NCBI RefSeq assembly: GCF_006345805.1
Contig: NC_042999.1
Location: forward strand, 124,001-188,000
From: Octopus sinensis
Taxonomy: Eukaryota
DNA: 64,000 nt
Direction: 5' to 3'
The notes beneath the pieces were generated by a model. That model did not search any database. It worked only from the letters and a program-made list of their open reading frames with translations, and was not told the DNA's origin. Below are positions 24,661 through 37,484 of the stretch, one piece after another (position 1 is the stretch's first letter; each line of letters begins with the position of its first letter). Both the position numbers and the translations under genes were made by a program.

Positions 24661-26304
24661 TTTAGCGGTTAAGCATATATCACAGATGCGTGCGTCTGTG
24701 TGTCTTTGAGGGAACAGGGCTTTTGAAGATGGTTGTATAAATATTTATTAAACTAATGTTAGAGTAGTTTGCAAAATGCTCTTGAAATTGCCGATGTCAG
24801 CAAGTAATTACTGGTACTGGGGAATATCAGCAGATCAACGTATATACAGAAGAGAAATGAGGTTAATAAGTGATTGGCTCACCAATGAAATCACCACTAC
24901 AGACATCACTGCATCCTTGCCTAAAGCACCCGGTTTTCGTTTGTCCATGAAACATGAACAATTTTTGTAATTGGTGTCTTATTAACCTTCATTACTGCCT
25001 TCAGAAGCTGTCGTGTACTAGTGCAATATCTAAGATATAATATTTCTTAATACCTTGCAAATGGGGATGATCCCATATCCACTTTCATTTATTATACTAA
25101 GCTCCAAATAAGATTAACACTCATTGAAGAAACTTGATAAGACCGGAGCATGTACAGACTTGTCACCATACTTACCAAAAATCAAATTCATTCCCTGCTG
25201 CATTAGTATGCCCTCATTTCAATTTTTGTTTAATTTGTATTTCAAAGCCTTCTCGTTATTTTGGACAGGAATTTTCATTGAAACTAATGCTTTCTTTCTT
25301 CATTATTGGAAGTTCACTTTTAATTGATTAACTATTTCGAGAGCTCATTGATTTAAGCATATTATCCCCTCGCTTCGCTACGCATTTCAATGATTTCAGA
25401 GACACCATTGCCTTCTTATCTTTATCTAATTCTCTCAGATTTCTTGGTTAGTGAGTGGTTGCAACTTTTTGCTTTAGATATGTAATCTTACCAGCTTGAG
25501 TAACATGGCTAGAAGATGAATCGAATCTCCAGCTAGAATTACTCTTCGGGTCGTATACAGCTCGAACTGTTATCAATCTTAATAGAAGTACAGGAAAACC
25601 ACAGTAATAATACTTTTTTTTTGAAATATTTCTGTTGTGTCGGTTCAGGCATTCTCGTTTCCTTTCTCAGCTCAGTAAAAACATTTTGAATAATGGCTTA
25701 ATCTTTAGAAGACGATTACATTCAAAAGGATTAACAATATTTGTATTATTGTTTATAATACGTCAATACTGAGTAGTTACTAACAGTTGAAACCAATCAA
25801 TGAATTCGATATACTGTAATTACATTTCTAATTCCAGTTTTCCTTGGCTCTGATGATATTCCTGGCTTCGTTGCCTCAATGGCGATATTCAAATTAGTAG
25901 GGAATACTGAAAAAAGTAATTCGTGTTAAATTCAAGCCGACAACATTTCTCTCCAATACCTCGTTGTCGCCTCCATACTCCATTTTGTTCTCAAACGTAT
26001 ATTAAATAAAAACAACTTCGGCGACACGAATCTGCTGTTTGTATGAGCACCGACATCTTTTGGTTCCCCAAACACAAAATACTTCAGAAAATGAAGGTTA
26101 GTTCATCAAAACACATATATAAAAGATTTTCAATATTTTCTCTCTTTATAAGATAATTGCCCGATGAAACATGTGGCGTGCTCAGGCAGCTAGTTATTGT
26201 AAGGGAGATAATCACTTCTGGATCTGTCATGGCGTAGAAGTGTGAGTTTTAAATCGAAGGGGAACAAAGACAAATGCACACAATTTATATATTTGCAGAC
26301 GCAA

Positions 26305-26465
26305 GCGTGGCTGTATGGTAAGAAGCTTGCTTCCAAACCACATAGTTTCAGATTCAGTACCACTGCAAGGCATTTCGGGCAGTTGCAACTGTCTTGCAAT
26401 ATAACCGTGGGTCAAGCAAAGCCTTGCGAGTGGATTTGATAGCTGGAAACTGAAGGAAGCCCACT
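26305..26465 (+). mobile_element. SINE family 2, 5' half
   Basis: GCGTGGCTGTATGGTAAGAAGCTTGC..GGAAACTGAAGGAAGCCC. Confidence 0.7.
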
Positions 26466-26485
26466 ACACAGACACACATGTATAT

Positions 26486-26517
<32 letters not shown>

Positions 26518-26521
<4 letters not shown>

Positions 26522-26658
26522 CGCATATTTGCCATTTGAATATGGCTAACCCCTAAGGGTGGATGCTACTGTAGTTTGTAGCCCCAGGAAGATATCTCCT
26601 CCATCTGGCTATAGACACACTATCTGTGCTCCATATTCAAATGGCAAATATGCGTCAC
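26518..26658. repeat. Perfect 28 bp inverted repeat with 85 bp spacer
   Basis: GTGACGCATATTTGCCATTTGAATATGG at 26518-26545 and its exact reverse complement at 26631-26658. Confidence 0.9.
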
Positions 26659-26721
26659 GATGTGTTACCGCTACTGTTTATAACTCGCTCTGATTTTTGT
26701 CATTGTTATATATATATATAT

Positions 26722-26752
<31 letters not shown>

Positions 26753-26895
26753 ATATTGTGTGTGTGTGTGTGTGTAAGTAGGTGTGTGTGTTTTTATGCG
26801 TATGTAATAGTGAGGCTTTGGGCTAAACAAAGCAAGTATTATTTCATGATTCTGGCATTGTAAACCAGCATTTTAGAAAGCAAAAAGAAGGACAT

Positions 26896-26929
<34 letters not shown>

Positions 26930-27159
26930 CCTTCTTCTGCTTCTAGTATATGTGTGGTGTGTGTCTCTGTGTGTGTATGAATAAATAACAAGAAATGGGA
27001 TGTGGATTATATCGAATGAAATCGTGTTTTGGTGATTGTATTGCGAAAAGTTTTACAGAATTTGCAAGGATAACATACACTCGAACTGATTTACGTAATT
27101 TTCTCTAAACATATTTAAGCAAAAAGGTAAAAGTAACCTCTGGACATAACTGTCACGAG

Positions 27160-27410
27160 TTCCAGAACTCCTAGGGCTGGCCACCCGGTTCCGATAGCAT
27201 ATAAGTGACACCGAGATCGCAACATTCCCTAGGATGGTACGCTAGTCAATCGCAGGTTTACTCATTTACAGCTGAGAGGATTGAAGAAGCGTGAAGTGAA
27301 GTGTTTTACTCAAAAAAGTGTTTCACTCAAAAGGACAACATTTCAGTCGTCCCAGAAATGGAAACCACAATTTTACGTATAACACCCCTGACCACTACGC
27401 CACGTTCCTT
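27160..27410 (-). mobile_element. Old SINE family 4 copy with GCGATTGACTAGCGTACCATCC tail
   Basis: CORE-like TTGAGTAAAACACTT..CAGCTGTAAATGAG followed by the family-3-type tail motif. Confidence 0.5.
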
Positions 27411-27493
27411 CATCCCAAGCTTATTGGGAAAAAGGTTAATCTAGTACGAGGTAATAAAGGTAGGTTTATTTAGCTAAACAATTTCAGGTGACT

Positions 27494-27811
27494 TCTTTCT
27501 TCTTTCTTGCACCCTTTTCAAGCCTAGCCAGGCTTATGGGCCTGGTTTCCCGGTTTCTATAGCGTATGTGTTCCCTCCAGCTGGACGGGACGCCAGTCCA
27601 TGCCAGCATAACCCAAGGAACAGGAAGAAAGAATGAGAGAAAGTTAGGACGAAAGAGTACAACAGGGGTCGCCACCACCTCCTGTCGGATCCCCGTGGAG
27701 TTTTAAGTATTTTCGCTCAATAAACACACGCAACCCCCGGTCTGGCAATCGAAACCGCGATCCTCCGACCGCGAGTCCGCTGCCCTAACCACTAAGCCAT
27801 TTCGCCTCCAC
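27494..27811 (-). mobile_element. SINE family 3 with 12 bp TSD
   Basis: TTTCAGGTGACT at 27482-27493 and 27812-27823. Confidence 0.9.
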
Positions 27812-29039
27812 TTTCAGGTGACTACGACTGTGTATTGTAACTGTTTTATTGTATTTATTACACCGATTATGAGAGTCTTAAAGTAGTCGTAAGCAACATG
27901 GCATTTGGCAACCTGCTAAAATATTGGGGTTCGATACTAATGCAGTGTTTCGTTGTGTATTTGAACTGTTCATTGAGTTACGAACGCCCCTCATTATACT
28001 AAGGTGAATGGGAATAAGGATCTGCGCAAGTGGGAATTTTATCTTGGATGGATATATCCAACGCATATCCATCAGCTTAACATCCAAAAACTGGAGCTAA
28101 GTACCTCAGGGCTGTGGAGAGTTGAACGTTTTTATCTCTATTATCAAATTGGTGGACTGGGCCGACGAGAATCGTTGGGATGAAGGGATGAAAGCAAAAC
28201 CTGTCCAATAAATCTAAAAGGAAAATCTAGCCAACTAACACGGCTTTATAGCAGAACTAACTGAAGCAATAATAATCTAACCGAATATATAAAATCTGCC
28301 AAAATAAACAAGCAAAAACCGGAATTCTCATAGCAACGTTCCTTCCAAATGGCCATAAAATGAATTCCATTTGCTAGAAATCACTCTGCTAATATTCAAA
28401 ATACGTGTTGTGCGGCTTTAAAATTGCATGCAGAAATATGCATTTTCTAATTCCCTCCTGGAGAGCAAGGCGGAACTGATTGTAAAATGTTCCGATTATG
28501 ATGATGACGATGAGGATGACTATAATAATGATAATGACGATGATGATGATAATGACAATGATGATGATGCTGGTGTTGTTGTTGGTGGTGGGGGCTGTAG
28601 AGATGTAGCCATGTAGATTCAATTGAATGCATTATCGATTTGTATAAACAGTTGCGTGTCGAACAGTGTTCAAAGTGAGCTTTGGTGATGCACAGTCTTA
28701 GTTGTATAATCGAAATGTTCTCACTCGTTTTGTAATATAGGGAAAAATTGCATTTGTGTTTCCAAACGCAATATCTATGAGTTTGTTGTTGAAAAAGGAG
28801 GGGTTGGTGGGGGTACGTTTGTAAATAAAGTAGCGACATCTAATGATGCTAGAATACGTAGCTATTACATCCAATTATTTCTTCATTGAAACGGGTAATT
28901 AAAATGCATGATAAAATGCATTTACGAATTACATGCAGGGATTCATCGACGAAAAAGCGATAGAGAAGATAACGAACGAAACATATTGGCACGCACACGC
29001 AAAAGAGTCGAACAAAGATACTATGTATCTCATTCTTTT

Positions 29040-29111
<72 letters not shown>

Positions 29112-29250
29112 ACACACACACACACAGAGCAAGAAACTTTGAGGAGAATGGCAAAACTGTCCTCAAAGTACTTACTTTGTAATTTGTTCTCGTAATGTCC
29201 ATCCATCCATCCATTCATCACGCTTGTGGCAAAATGATATTATTATTATT

Positions 29251-29933
29251 CAGTAGTTTTATTTTTATAGCGTGCTTTCACTTCACTACCGAGCGCAGCT
29301 CTGTGTGCCTTGGGTATGTGCTGTGATTTGTTGTGATGCTCTGATGGTTATTGTATGGGAAGTGTTCTGCGTAGGATGTGTGCAGTGCCTAGTAGTGCAA
29401 TTTTCTGTATGTTATATGTGTTTGTAAGTCCTGGTGTTTTTGTTATGTATTTGTCTGAATATTTTTTTATCATGCCTAATGCACCTACTATGATAGGAAT
29501 TGTTTCTGTTTTCAGATTCCACATTCTAGTTACCTCTATTTCCAGGTCTTTGTATTTTGAGAGTTTCTCCATTTCTTTTAGAGACACGTTGTCATCTGCC
29601 GTATTGATACATCAATTAGAAAGCATTTTTTTTCTTCATGATCTCTGACAACTATATCTGGTCTGTTGGCCTTAATTCTCTATCTGTGTGTATCGGCATA
29701 TCCCAGAGTATGGTTGCTTTCTCGTTTTCTGTGACCTTTTCTGGTGTGTGCCTATACCATCTTTTTTCTGTTGTTATTCCATAATGTTGGCATAGCTTCC
29801 AATGTATGTAGGTTCCAACTCTGTCATGTCTGTGAATATATTCCTTCTTAGCCAGGACTGGGCAGCTAGAGATAATATGATTTATTGTTTCTTGTCCATC
29901 TCCACATATTCTGCACATATTCTGCAGTTACTT
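29251..29933 (-). mobile_element. R4/Dong family A 3' fragment
   Basis: CRICGDGQETINHIISSC knuckle and RLE region; near-identical to 40182-40850; 3' end on short (TAA)n. Confidence 0.93.
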
Positions 29934-30320
29934 GCGGGTAGTAAAGAAATAGGTATTTCGCCCGTCGCTACGTTCTGAGTTCAAATTCCGCCGAGGTCGA
30001 CTTTGCCTTTCATCCTTTCGGGATCGATAAATTAAGTACCAGTTACGCACTGGTATCAATCTAATCGACTTAATTCGTCTGTCTGTCCTTGTTTGTCTCC
30101 TCTGTGTTTAGTCCCTTGTGGGTAGTAAAGAAATAGGTATTTCGTCTGCCGTTACGTTGTGAGTTCAAATTCCGCTGAGGTCGACTTTGCCTTTCATCCT
30201 CTCGGGATCGATAAATTAAATACCACTTACGCGATGGGGTCGATATAATCGACTTAATCCGTTTGTCTGTCCTTGTTTGTCCTCTCTGTGTTTAGACCCT
30301 TGTGGGCAATAAAGAAATAG
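29934..30320 (+). mobile_element. Meta-domain SINE multimer, 5'-truncated (three tail A ends)
   Basis: Junctions at 29951/29952 and 30135/30136. Confidence 0.88.
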
Positions 30321-30744
30321 GTTTTGTATTTCGTCCTTCATTGCCTCCAGTACTGAAGTCGGTTAGTTTGTGATCCCCACCGCAAATGTGGGGCACATTG
30401 TCATTGATAAATTTCGATCTTGAGATTGATTTCCAGCATTGATATAAAAGAGAAATTATAAAAAAAAATGTCAACAGTGGCATTATTCAAACTGACATTA
30501 AGAAATTACTGAAATGTTTACCGCTTAATAAATCATGTTCGTCGCCAAAAAGTCATTTATTATTTACCTTTTGCAAAGTCAACCATGAGCGATTGTAAAT
30601 ACACAGATACGTATATATATTACCTACACACACACACATATGCACACACATACACACACATATACACACACACACATATATATATATATACACACACACG
30701 TACATGTACATACGTTTCTATGCAAGTGTGTTTGTGCGTGTGTA

Positions 30745-30784
<40 letters not shown>

Positions 30785-30829
30785 ATCACCTAGCTGTCCG
30801 GATGTTTTGCGTTCTTGTCCCATTTGTAT

Positions 30830-30895
<66 letters not shown>

Positions 30896-30912
30896 TATAT
30901 ATATATATATAT

Positions 30913-31320
30913 AGGCGCAGGAGTGGCTGTTTGGTAAGTAGCTTGCCAACCAACCACATGGTTCCGGGTTCAGTCCCACTGCGTGGCATCTTGGGCAAGT
31001 GTCTTCTGCTATAGCCCCGGGCTGACCAATACCTTGTGAGTGGATTTGGTAGACGGAAACTGAAAGAAGCCTGTCGTATATATGTATATATATATAAGTG
31101 TGTGTGAATATGTTTGTGTGTCTGTGTTTGTTCCCCTAGCATTGCTTGACAACCGATGCTGGTGTGTTTACGTCCCCGTCACTTAGCGGTTCGGCAAAAG
31201 AGACCGATAGAATAAGTACTGGGCTTACAAAGAATAAGTCCCGGAGTCGAGTTGCTCGACTAAAGGCGGTGCTCCAGCATGGCCGCAGTCAAATGACTGA
31301 GACAAGTAAAAAGAGTAAAA
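30913..31320 (+). mobile_element. SINE family 2, full length
   Basis: GGCGCAGGAGTGGCTG head to (AAAAGAGT)n tail. Confidence 0.92.
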
Positions 31321-31411
31321 AAAAAAAAAAGAGTATATATATATATACATATACATGCATACATACATACATACATACATATATATATTTTATATATGTG
31401 TGTGTGTGTGT

Positions 31412-31444
<33 letters not shown>

Positions 31445-31454
<10 letters not shown>

Positions 31455-32452
31455 CATCAACTAAACTTGACTCAAGGTATGAATAACACCTGCATTGATA
31501 GAAATAGTAGCTAAAATGCTACAATGTTGTTACAAAGCACAAAACATACTCCGATGGGGGCTGCGGTCGCCCTGAACCAAGAGTTCTTTAGACTCACCGG
31601 CCAATTTCGCCAATTTCCGTAGCCACCTCATTCGTAAGGCCAGCTCATTCGGTTGATTCCGGGCTACCTCGCCTATCAGAGTATAATATGTTCACCATAA
31701 AAATTTATGGATGATTTAGCGGATCTCTAATGTGTATACAAAACATTAATAAATGTTCTATTGTAAGGAGAATTATAGTCGTCAGCTAAACTTGACTAAG
31801 GGTGTGAGTAACACCTACGTTGCTAGAAATAGGAGCTAAAATGTTCCAATGCTGCTATAAAGTACATTTATTTCTAGCAATATAGGTGTTAATCACATCC
31901 TTAGTCAAGTTTACTTCACTATAATTTTCCTTTACGGTATAATGTTGAAAAGAGTTGTTTTTATTAATTTTTTTGTATACAAATTAGCGATTTGCTAAAT
32001 CATCTATAAATTTTTATTTCCTTCTCCTATGTTTCCGACGAAGAGCTCCGCTCGAAACGTTAGACCCTCCTTCTTTCCTTCTTTCCTGAGCGTCCAATAA
32101 TACTATATTTGTTCCACGTCCTCGCGTTGTTGCGTTTTTTTTGTGCTTTCTTGTTTGGATTAACTTTATATATATATATATTCTGATAGGCGAGGTAACC
32201 CGGAATCAGTCGAACGAGCTGGCCTTACGGAAGATGGCTACGGAAATAGCCGAAGGAATTCTCGCTTTGATGTTCAGGACGATTGCGGCTCCTATCAGAG
32301 TTTATGTTATGTTCTTTGTAACAGCATTGGAACAATTTAGCTCCTATTTCTTGCAATGTAGGCGTTGTTCTCGCCCTTCGTCAAGTTTAATTGACGACTA
32401 TAATTTTACTTTACGGTATAAGGTTGCAAACAACTGTTTTTATTAATTTCAT
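31445..32452. mobile_element. Cluster of a ~270 bp (TA)n-flanked element in both orientations
   Basis: 32182-32452 (+) matches 31445-31680 (-); 31698-31832 and 31869-32015 form inverted arms. Confidence 0.7.
32031..32065 (+). ncRNA. Minimal type I hammerhead motif (PLE-type), U4C variant
   Basis: GTTT-CCGACGA-A-GAGC(TCC)GCTC-GAAA-CGT-T^AGAC, followed by ~100 bp and (TA)n. Confidence 0.55.
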
Positions 32453-32611
32453 ATATATATATGGCAATAAGAAAATGGTGGGGATCAAGAGGTGGTATTC
32501 ATCAGCTTTTAGACATTATATTATGTCAATTTATCTATAAGAAAAAACAAAACAATTATCATAATATACATATATGTATAACAGATTATGCTTTACATAT
32601 GTAAAAATACC

Positions 32612-32940
32612 AGCATGGCTCAGTGTTTAGAGCGTCGAGCTTACGATCGTGAGGTTGTGAGCTCGAATCTCGGACCGGGCTGCGTGTTGTGTTCTTGAGC
32701 AAGACACTTTATTTCACGTTGCTCCAGTTCGCTCAGCTGTAGAAATGAATTGCGACGTCACAGGTGCCAAGATGTATCGGCCTCTTTCCCTTGGATAACA
32801 CTGATGGCGTGGAGAGGGGAGGCCGGTATGCATGGGCGACTGCTGGTCTTCCATAAACAACCTTGCTCAGACTTGTGACTAGGAGGGTAACTTTCTAGTT
32901 GCAATCCCATGGTCAGTGTCGTGACCGAAGGGGGTCCCCG
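32612..32940 (+). mobile_element. SINE family 4 (CORE-like) with a distinct tail
   Basis: GCATGGCTCAGTG..GAGCTCGAATCTC head; GTTCTTGAGCAAGACACTTTATTTCACGTTGCTCCAG core; ends GTCGTGACCGAAGGGG. Confidence 0.75.
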
Positions 32941-33079
32941 ATATTAAAATATATATCGTTGAACATAGAAAGTAGAATAGTTTCTTATAGACACACACAT
33001 ACACGCACAAATAAATACATGCGTACATATATACATCTATAAAGATAAGCGGACGGGACAGCGGTCTGTTGCAGAATTA

Positions 33080-33280
33080 CCCATTTTGGTATAAGGCCAA
33101 CAATTTTAGGAGAAGAGGTAAGTCAATTACATCGACCTCACTGGTTCTTTATTTTATCGACCCTAATAGATGTAAGGAAAAAGTCGGCCACAGCAGAATT
33201 CGAACTCAGAATGTGACGAGATGGAAGGAATAGCGCTAAGCATTTTACCCGATGCGCTAACGATTCAACCAGGTTCTGCC
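33080..33280 (-). mobile_element. Meta-domain SINE, diverged tail B
   Basis: Core and head recognisable. Confidence 0.6.
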
Positions 33281-34092
33281 ACCACGCAGTCTAATTATTC
33301 GTAGTAACACCGAAATCTCTATATTTAAGGAAAATAATGCACTTTGTGTAGCAGTTACAGTAAATTTCTGGTGCTTTGCATGATAACAGATCTCGTAGCT
33401 GCTAGAAACTAAGAAGAATGGTAAGTTTATTCCAATCAATGATAGGAGATGATTGAAAAGATTGTGTTGAACAACACAAGTCAGCAGTCAATGAATTTAA
33501 CACTTGAGGGAGTAGTGGACAATTGATCATTCGGTTCAAAAAGCTGCAGGACATATCAATGGAAGTAAGAGATGATGTGTGAAATACTTCACAATCATTA
33601 AGATATGAGTATTGCTATAGCTTTGTACCAATTTCGAGTGGTAAAGAAGGGAAGAAACAATTCTCTCTCTATATGTATATATTATCTTCCTAAACGTGGT
33701 TTTCTCGTCCGTTTCTTCCCAACAATTCATTTTCACTGATTTATCTTTATTGAAAATTCTGTTTCGTTATCGTCCATTTTATCGTTTTGATGTGTTTTAG
33801 TTTTCCCTTTTGTCAGTTGTTAATTTTATTCTGAATTGTGAGACACGCGGAGATGAATGTGAAGGTACAACTCCCTCTCTCGCTCCCTTTCTCTCCATCT
33901 CTCTTTCCCCCTCTCTCATTCTACACACATCGGAGGAAGAAGGATAAATCACACGCATACATACACACAGGTAGACACACGTACATACATTCTTATATAC
34001 TTTGATTCTTTTACTTGGTTTTGTCATGCTGAGGCACTGCCATAATATTTAATCAATCAAGTTGACCCTCATTTTATTTTGAGTCTCATTTT

Positions 34093-34480
34093 TATTTCTT
34101 TATTGCCCACAAGGGGCTAAACATAGAGGGGACAAACAAAGACAGACAGATGGATTAAGTCGATTATATCGACCCCATCGCGTAACTGGTACTTAATTTA
34201 TCGACCCCGAAAGGATGAAAGGCAAAGTCGACCTTAGCGGAATTTGAACTCAGAACGTAACGGCAGACGAAATACCTATTTCTTTACTACCCACAAGGGG
34301 CTAAACACAGAGGAGAGAAACAAGGACAGACAGACGGATTAAGTCGGTTATCTCGAATCCAGTACGCAACTGGTACTTAATTTATCGACCCCGAAAGGAT
34401 GAAAGGCAAAGTCGACCTCGGCGGAATTTGAACTCAGAAGGTAGCGGCAGACGAAATACGGCTACGCATTTCACCCGGCA
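34093..34480 (-). mobile_element. Meta-domain SINE dimer (tail A x2)
   Basis: Junction 34276/34277; head truncated at a (CA)n. Confidence 0.88.
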
Positions 34481-34487
34481 AACACAC

Positions 34488-34525
<38 letters not shown>

Positions 34526-34574
34526 ACACACACACGCACATACATACACACACACGCACACGTCTTCACTTATA

Positions 34575-34794
34575 CGAAGGGGCTGCTGTAAAGTTCCTGG
34601 TTTTAAGGGTATCACAAAAAGCCTGGCTGGAGATCCAACCTTCCGAGTTCTTTTACAGGGCATTAAAAACCCCGAAGGACCGCTGCAATAAGTGTGTGAA
34701 TCTGAGAGGAGGATATACTGAATAAAGTCATAATTAACTGATGCTTGAATATGCTTTATTTACCGAAAGCCAGGAACTTTTCGGTACCTACTCA
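34575..34794 (+). mobile_element. Mariner MITE
   Basis: TA|CGAAGGGGCTGCTGTAAAGTTCCTGG..CCAGGAACTTTTCGGTACCTACTCA|TA; internal DRCNKCVNLRGGYTE* resembles a mariner C-terminus. Confidence 0.72.
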
Positions 34795-34973
34795 TATACA
34801 TATATGTAAAGATGCATGTATATACATATCTAAAATAGGAAAATACACAAACATACTCACACATGTATGTATTCATGTATGTCTGTATGTATGTATGTAT
34901 GTATATATGTATGTACGTATGTATGTATGTATGTATGTATGTATGTATGTATGTATGTATGTATGTATGTATG

Positions 34974-35009
<36 letters not shown>

Positions 35010-35607
35010 GTGTCTGTCTACCTGTATGTATTATGTATGTATATATATATACGTGTCTGTCTACCTGTATGTATTATGTATGTATATATATATACGTGTC
35101 TGTCTACCTGTATGTATTATGTATGTATATATATATACGTGTCTGTCTACCTGTATGTGTTATGTATGTATGTATGTATGCATGCATGTATGTATGTATG
35201 TTTGTATGTTTGCATGCATGCATAGCACTTAACTCTCGGTCCATGAATCTCTAATGTATCTATACAGTTAGATAAATAAACAAACGTTATGTAATGACAT
35301 CCATTAGCTTACAATTGTTCCTGCTATATGTATGCACGAATAGGCGAGTGCTCATGCGATATCTTATAGTTTACTCGGAAACTAAAAGATATTGCATGTT
35401 ACTGAAATCATTTGAATACATAGAATTGGGTACGAACAGAACCGTATATAATATAAAAGACTTGCTAAGTTTTAGGATGAAAGCATTCCGCTCAGAAAGA
35501 CAGAAGTATATAAATATTTAAACTAGAAGGAATATATAATTTAACACGCATACACAAATAAACACAAATATTCACAATGAGATATACACACACACACATA
35601 TACATAC

Positions 35608-35661
<54 letters not shown>

Positions 35662-35678
35662 ATATATATGTGTGTGTA

Positions 35679-35717
<39 letters not shown>

Positions 35718-36064
35718 GCTTATATATATATGCATTTATGTTTCTTTTCTGTGTGTATTCTACTGACGAGGCAAAGCATTCCTAAATGCAAAGTCAGAAA
35801 TCCAGGATCTAGAATTATCCAGTAATTTTTTACTAGTTTCATCTTGTCTCTTTGTTTTCTCTCCGTGTTGATATATGGACAATTAAGGTGGGTTTTAGAA
35901 TCAGATCACGGCTGCTATTTTCAGCATTGTGGTATCTCGTAGATACTCTAATTTATAATTTTAATAATTATTACCTTTGAAGGTTATTTTATTCCATGCT
36001 GATCACTTGATAAAATGGTTATTTTCTTTTTAAATTAACGATCTTATCCTTATATATATATATT

Positions 36065-36106
<42 letters not shown>

Positions 36107-36159
36107 ATATAATATATATATATATATATACGTATATATATATATATATATACCTATAC

Positions 36160-36325
36160 ATGACGGGTTTCTTCCTGTTTCCATCTACTAAATCCACTCC
36201 CAAGGCTTTGGTTGCCCCGAGTCTATAGTAGAAAACGCTTGCTCAAGGTGCCACGCAGTAGGACCGAACTCGGAACGAAATGGCTGTGAAGCAAACCTTT
36301 TACCACACAGCCACGCCTTTGCCTA
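36160..36325 (-). mobile_element. SINE family 2, 5' half
   Basis: Head and body up to the internal (TA)n. Confidence 0.72.
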
Positions 36326-36957
36326 TAACTACATGGGAACTGTTAACAATTAGGTGGAGTAAAATCGATGGAAAAATTGTCACTTTCTCATGGACATAAA
36401 CAAAACGCCAGTTACAAGAAGAGAATCATTGGCTTTAGAAATGGTCAGCAGCTTCCTGCACATTCTGTCTTCGATAAATAGCAAAATCTAATTCAAGTTT
36501 CGTGATCTGACGCTTGGTTCCTCACGTTCACCAAGCTGCAGACACAGACAATCCCATTAGTTGCAAATATTTGTTTTCATCTGAAAATCCTAATCCGGTG
36601 ACAAACACGTTGTAATTTAGTCTTGATTTTACTGTGTACTGTTTGTTCTGTTTGTGAAATGTAATTAAAAGCCAAACTGAAATGCCTGCCAGAAATGATT
36701 AAGTTATTTAAGCAACAGTCAAGTCAGTGCAGCTGTGAATTACGACGACAAACAAAACTTGTCTTTATTTCACATTCTCTAATATATTTGTGATGCCGCC
36801 ATTGGTATTATTTACTCGCACGTCAGCCCCGATCGAGCAAACCTATAACGAAAGGCTGTAGCGATCACGTTTTATTATTAGGCATAGTGTATCCTGGAAT
36901 ACATTATTCAATGTGTTTTCCCATTTGTAAATCTCTAAAACGACGGGGTTTTGTCTA

Positions 36958-37178
36958 TACTCTTTACTCTTTACTCTTTCACTTGTTTCAGTCAGTTGAC
37001 TGCGGCCATGCTGGAGCACCGCCTTTAGTCGAACAACTCGACCCCGGGACTTATTCTTTGTAAGCCCAGTACTTATTCTATCGGTCTCTTTTGCCGAACC
37101 GCTAAGTGACGGAGACATAAACACACCAGCATCGGTTGTCAAACAATGCTAGGGGGACAAACACAGACACACAAACAT

Positions 37179-37213
<35 letters not shown>

Positions 37214-37386
37214 CATATATACGACGGGCTTCTTTCAGTTTCCGTCTACCAAATCCACTCACAAGGCTTTTGGTCGGCCCGAGGCTATAGTAGAAGACAC
37301 TTGCCCAAGGTGCCACGCAGTGGGACTGAACCCGGAACCATGTGGTTGGTAAGCAAGCTACTTACCACACAGCCACTCCTGCGCCT
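36958..37386 (-). mobile_element. SINE family 2, full length
   Basis: Close match to 30913-31320 and 57238-57648. Confidence 0.92.
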
Positions 37387-37484
37387 ATGCGTATGACTTG
37401 GCTGATATTTCTTACAAGGCCCAGTGACAACGCAGAGGCTCCCTTGTTTTTTTGTCTTTAGTATAACATAGTACAAGGTAAATA

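Noticed and set aside
24760-26100. Decayed LINE or host exon in the non-repetitive stretch
   Set aside because: Only a faint RTE-like phrase (HVSWTNENRVL) was found; not enough to call.
31545-31585. Hammerhead variant CCGATGG-GGGC..GCCC-TGAAC in the 270 bp element
   Set aside because: Core deviates at several invariant positions in both copies and no helix I/III was found.
35760-35805. CTGACGAGGC.. as a hammerhead
   Set aside because: No helix II closing onto GAAA and no helix III.
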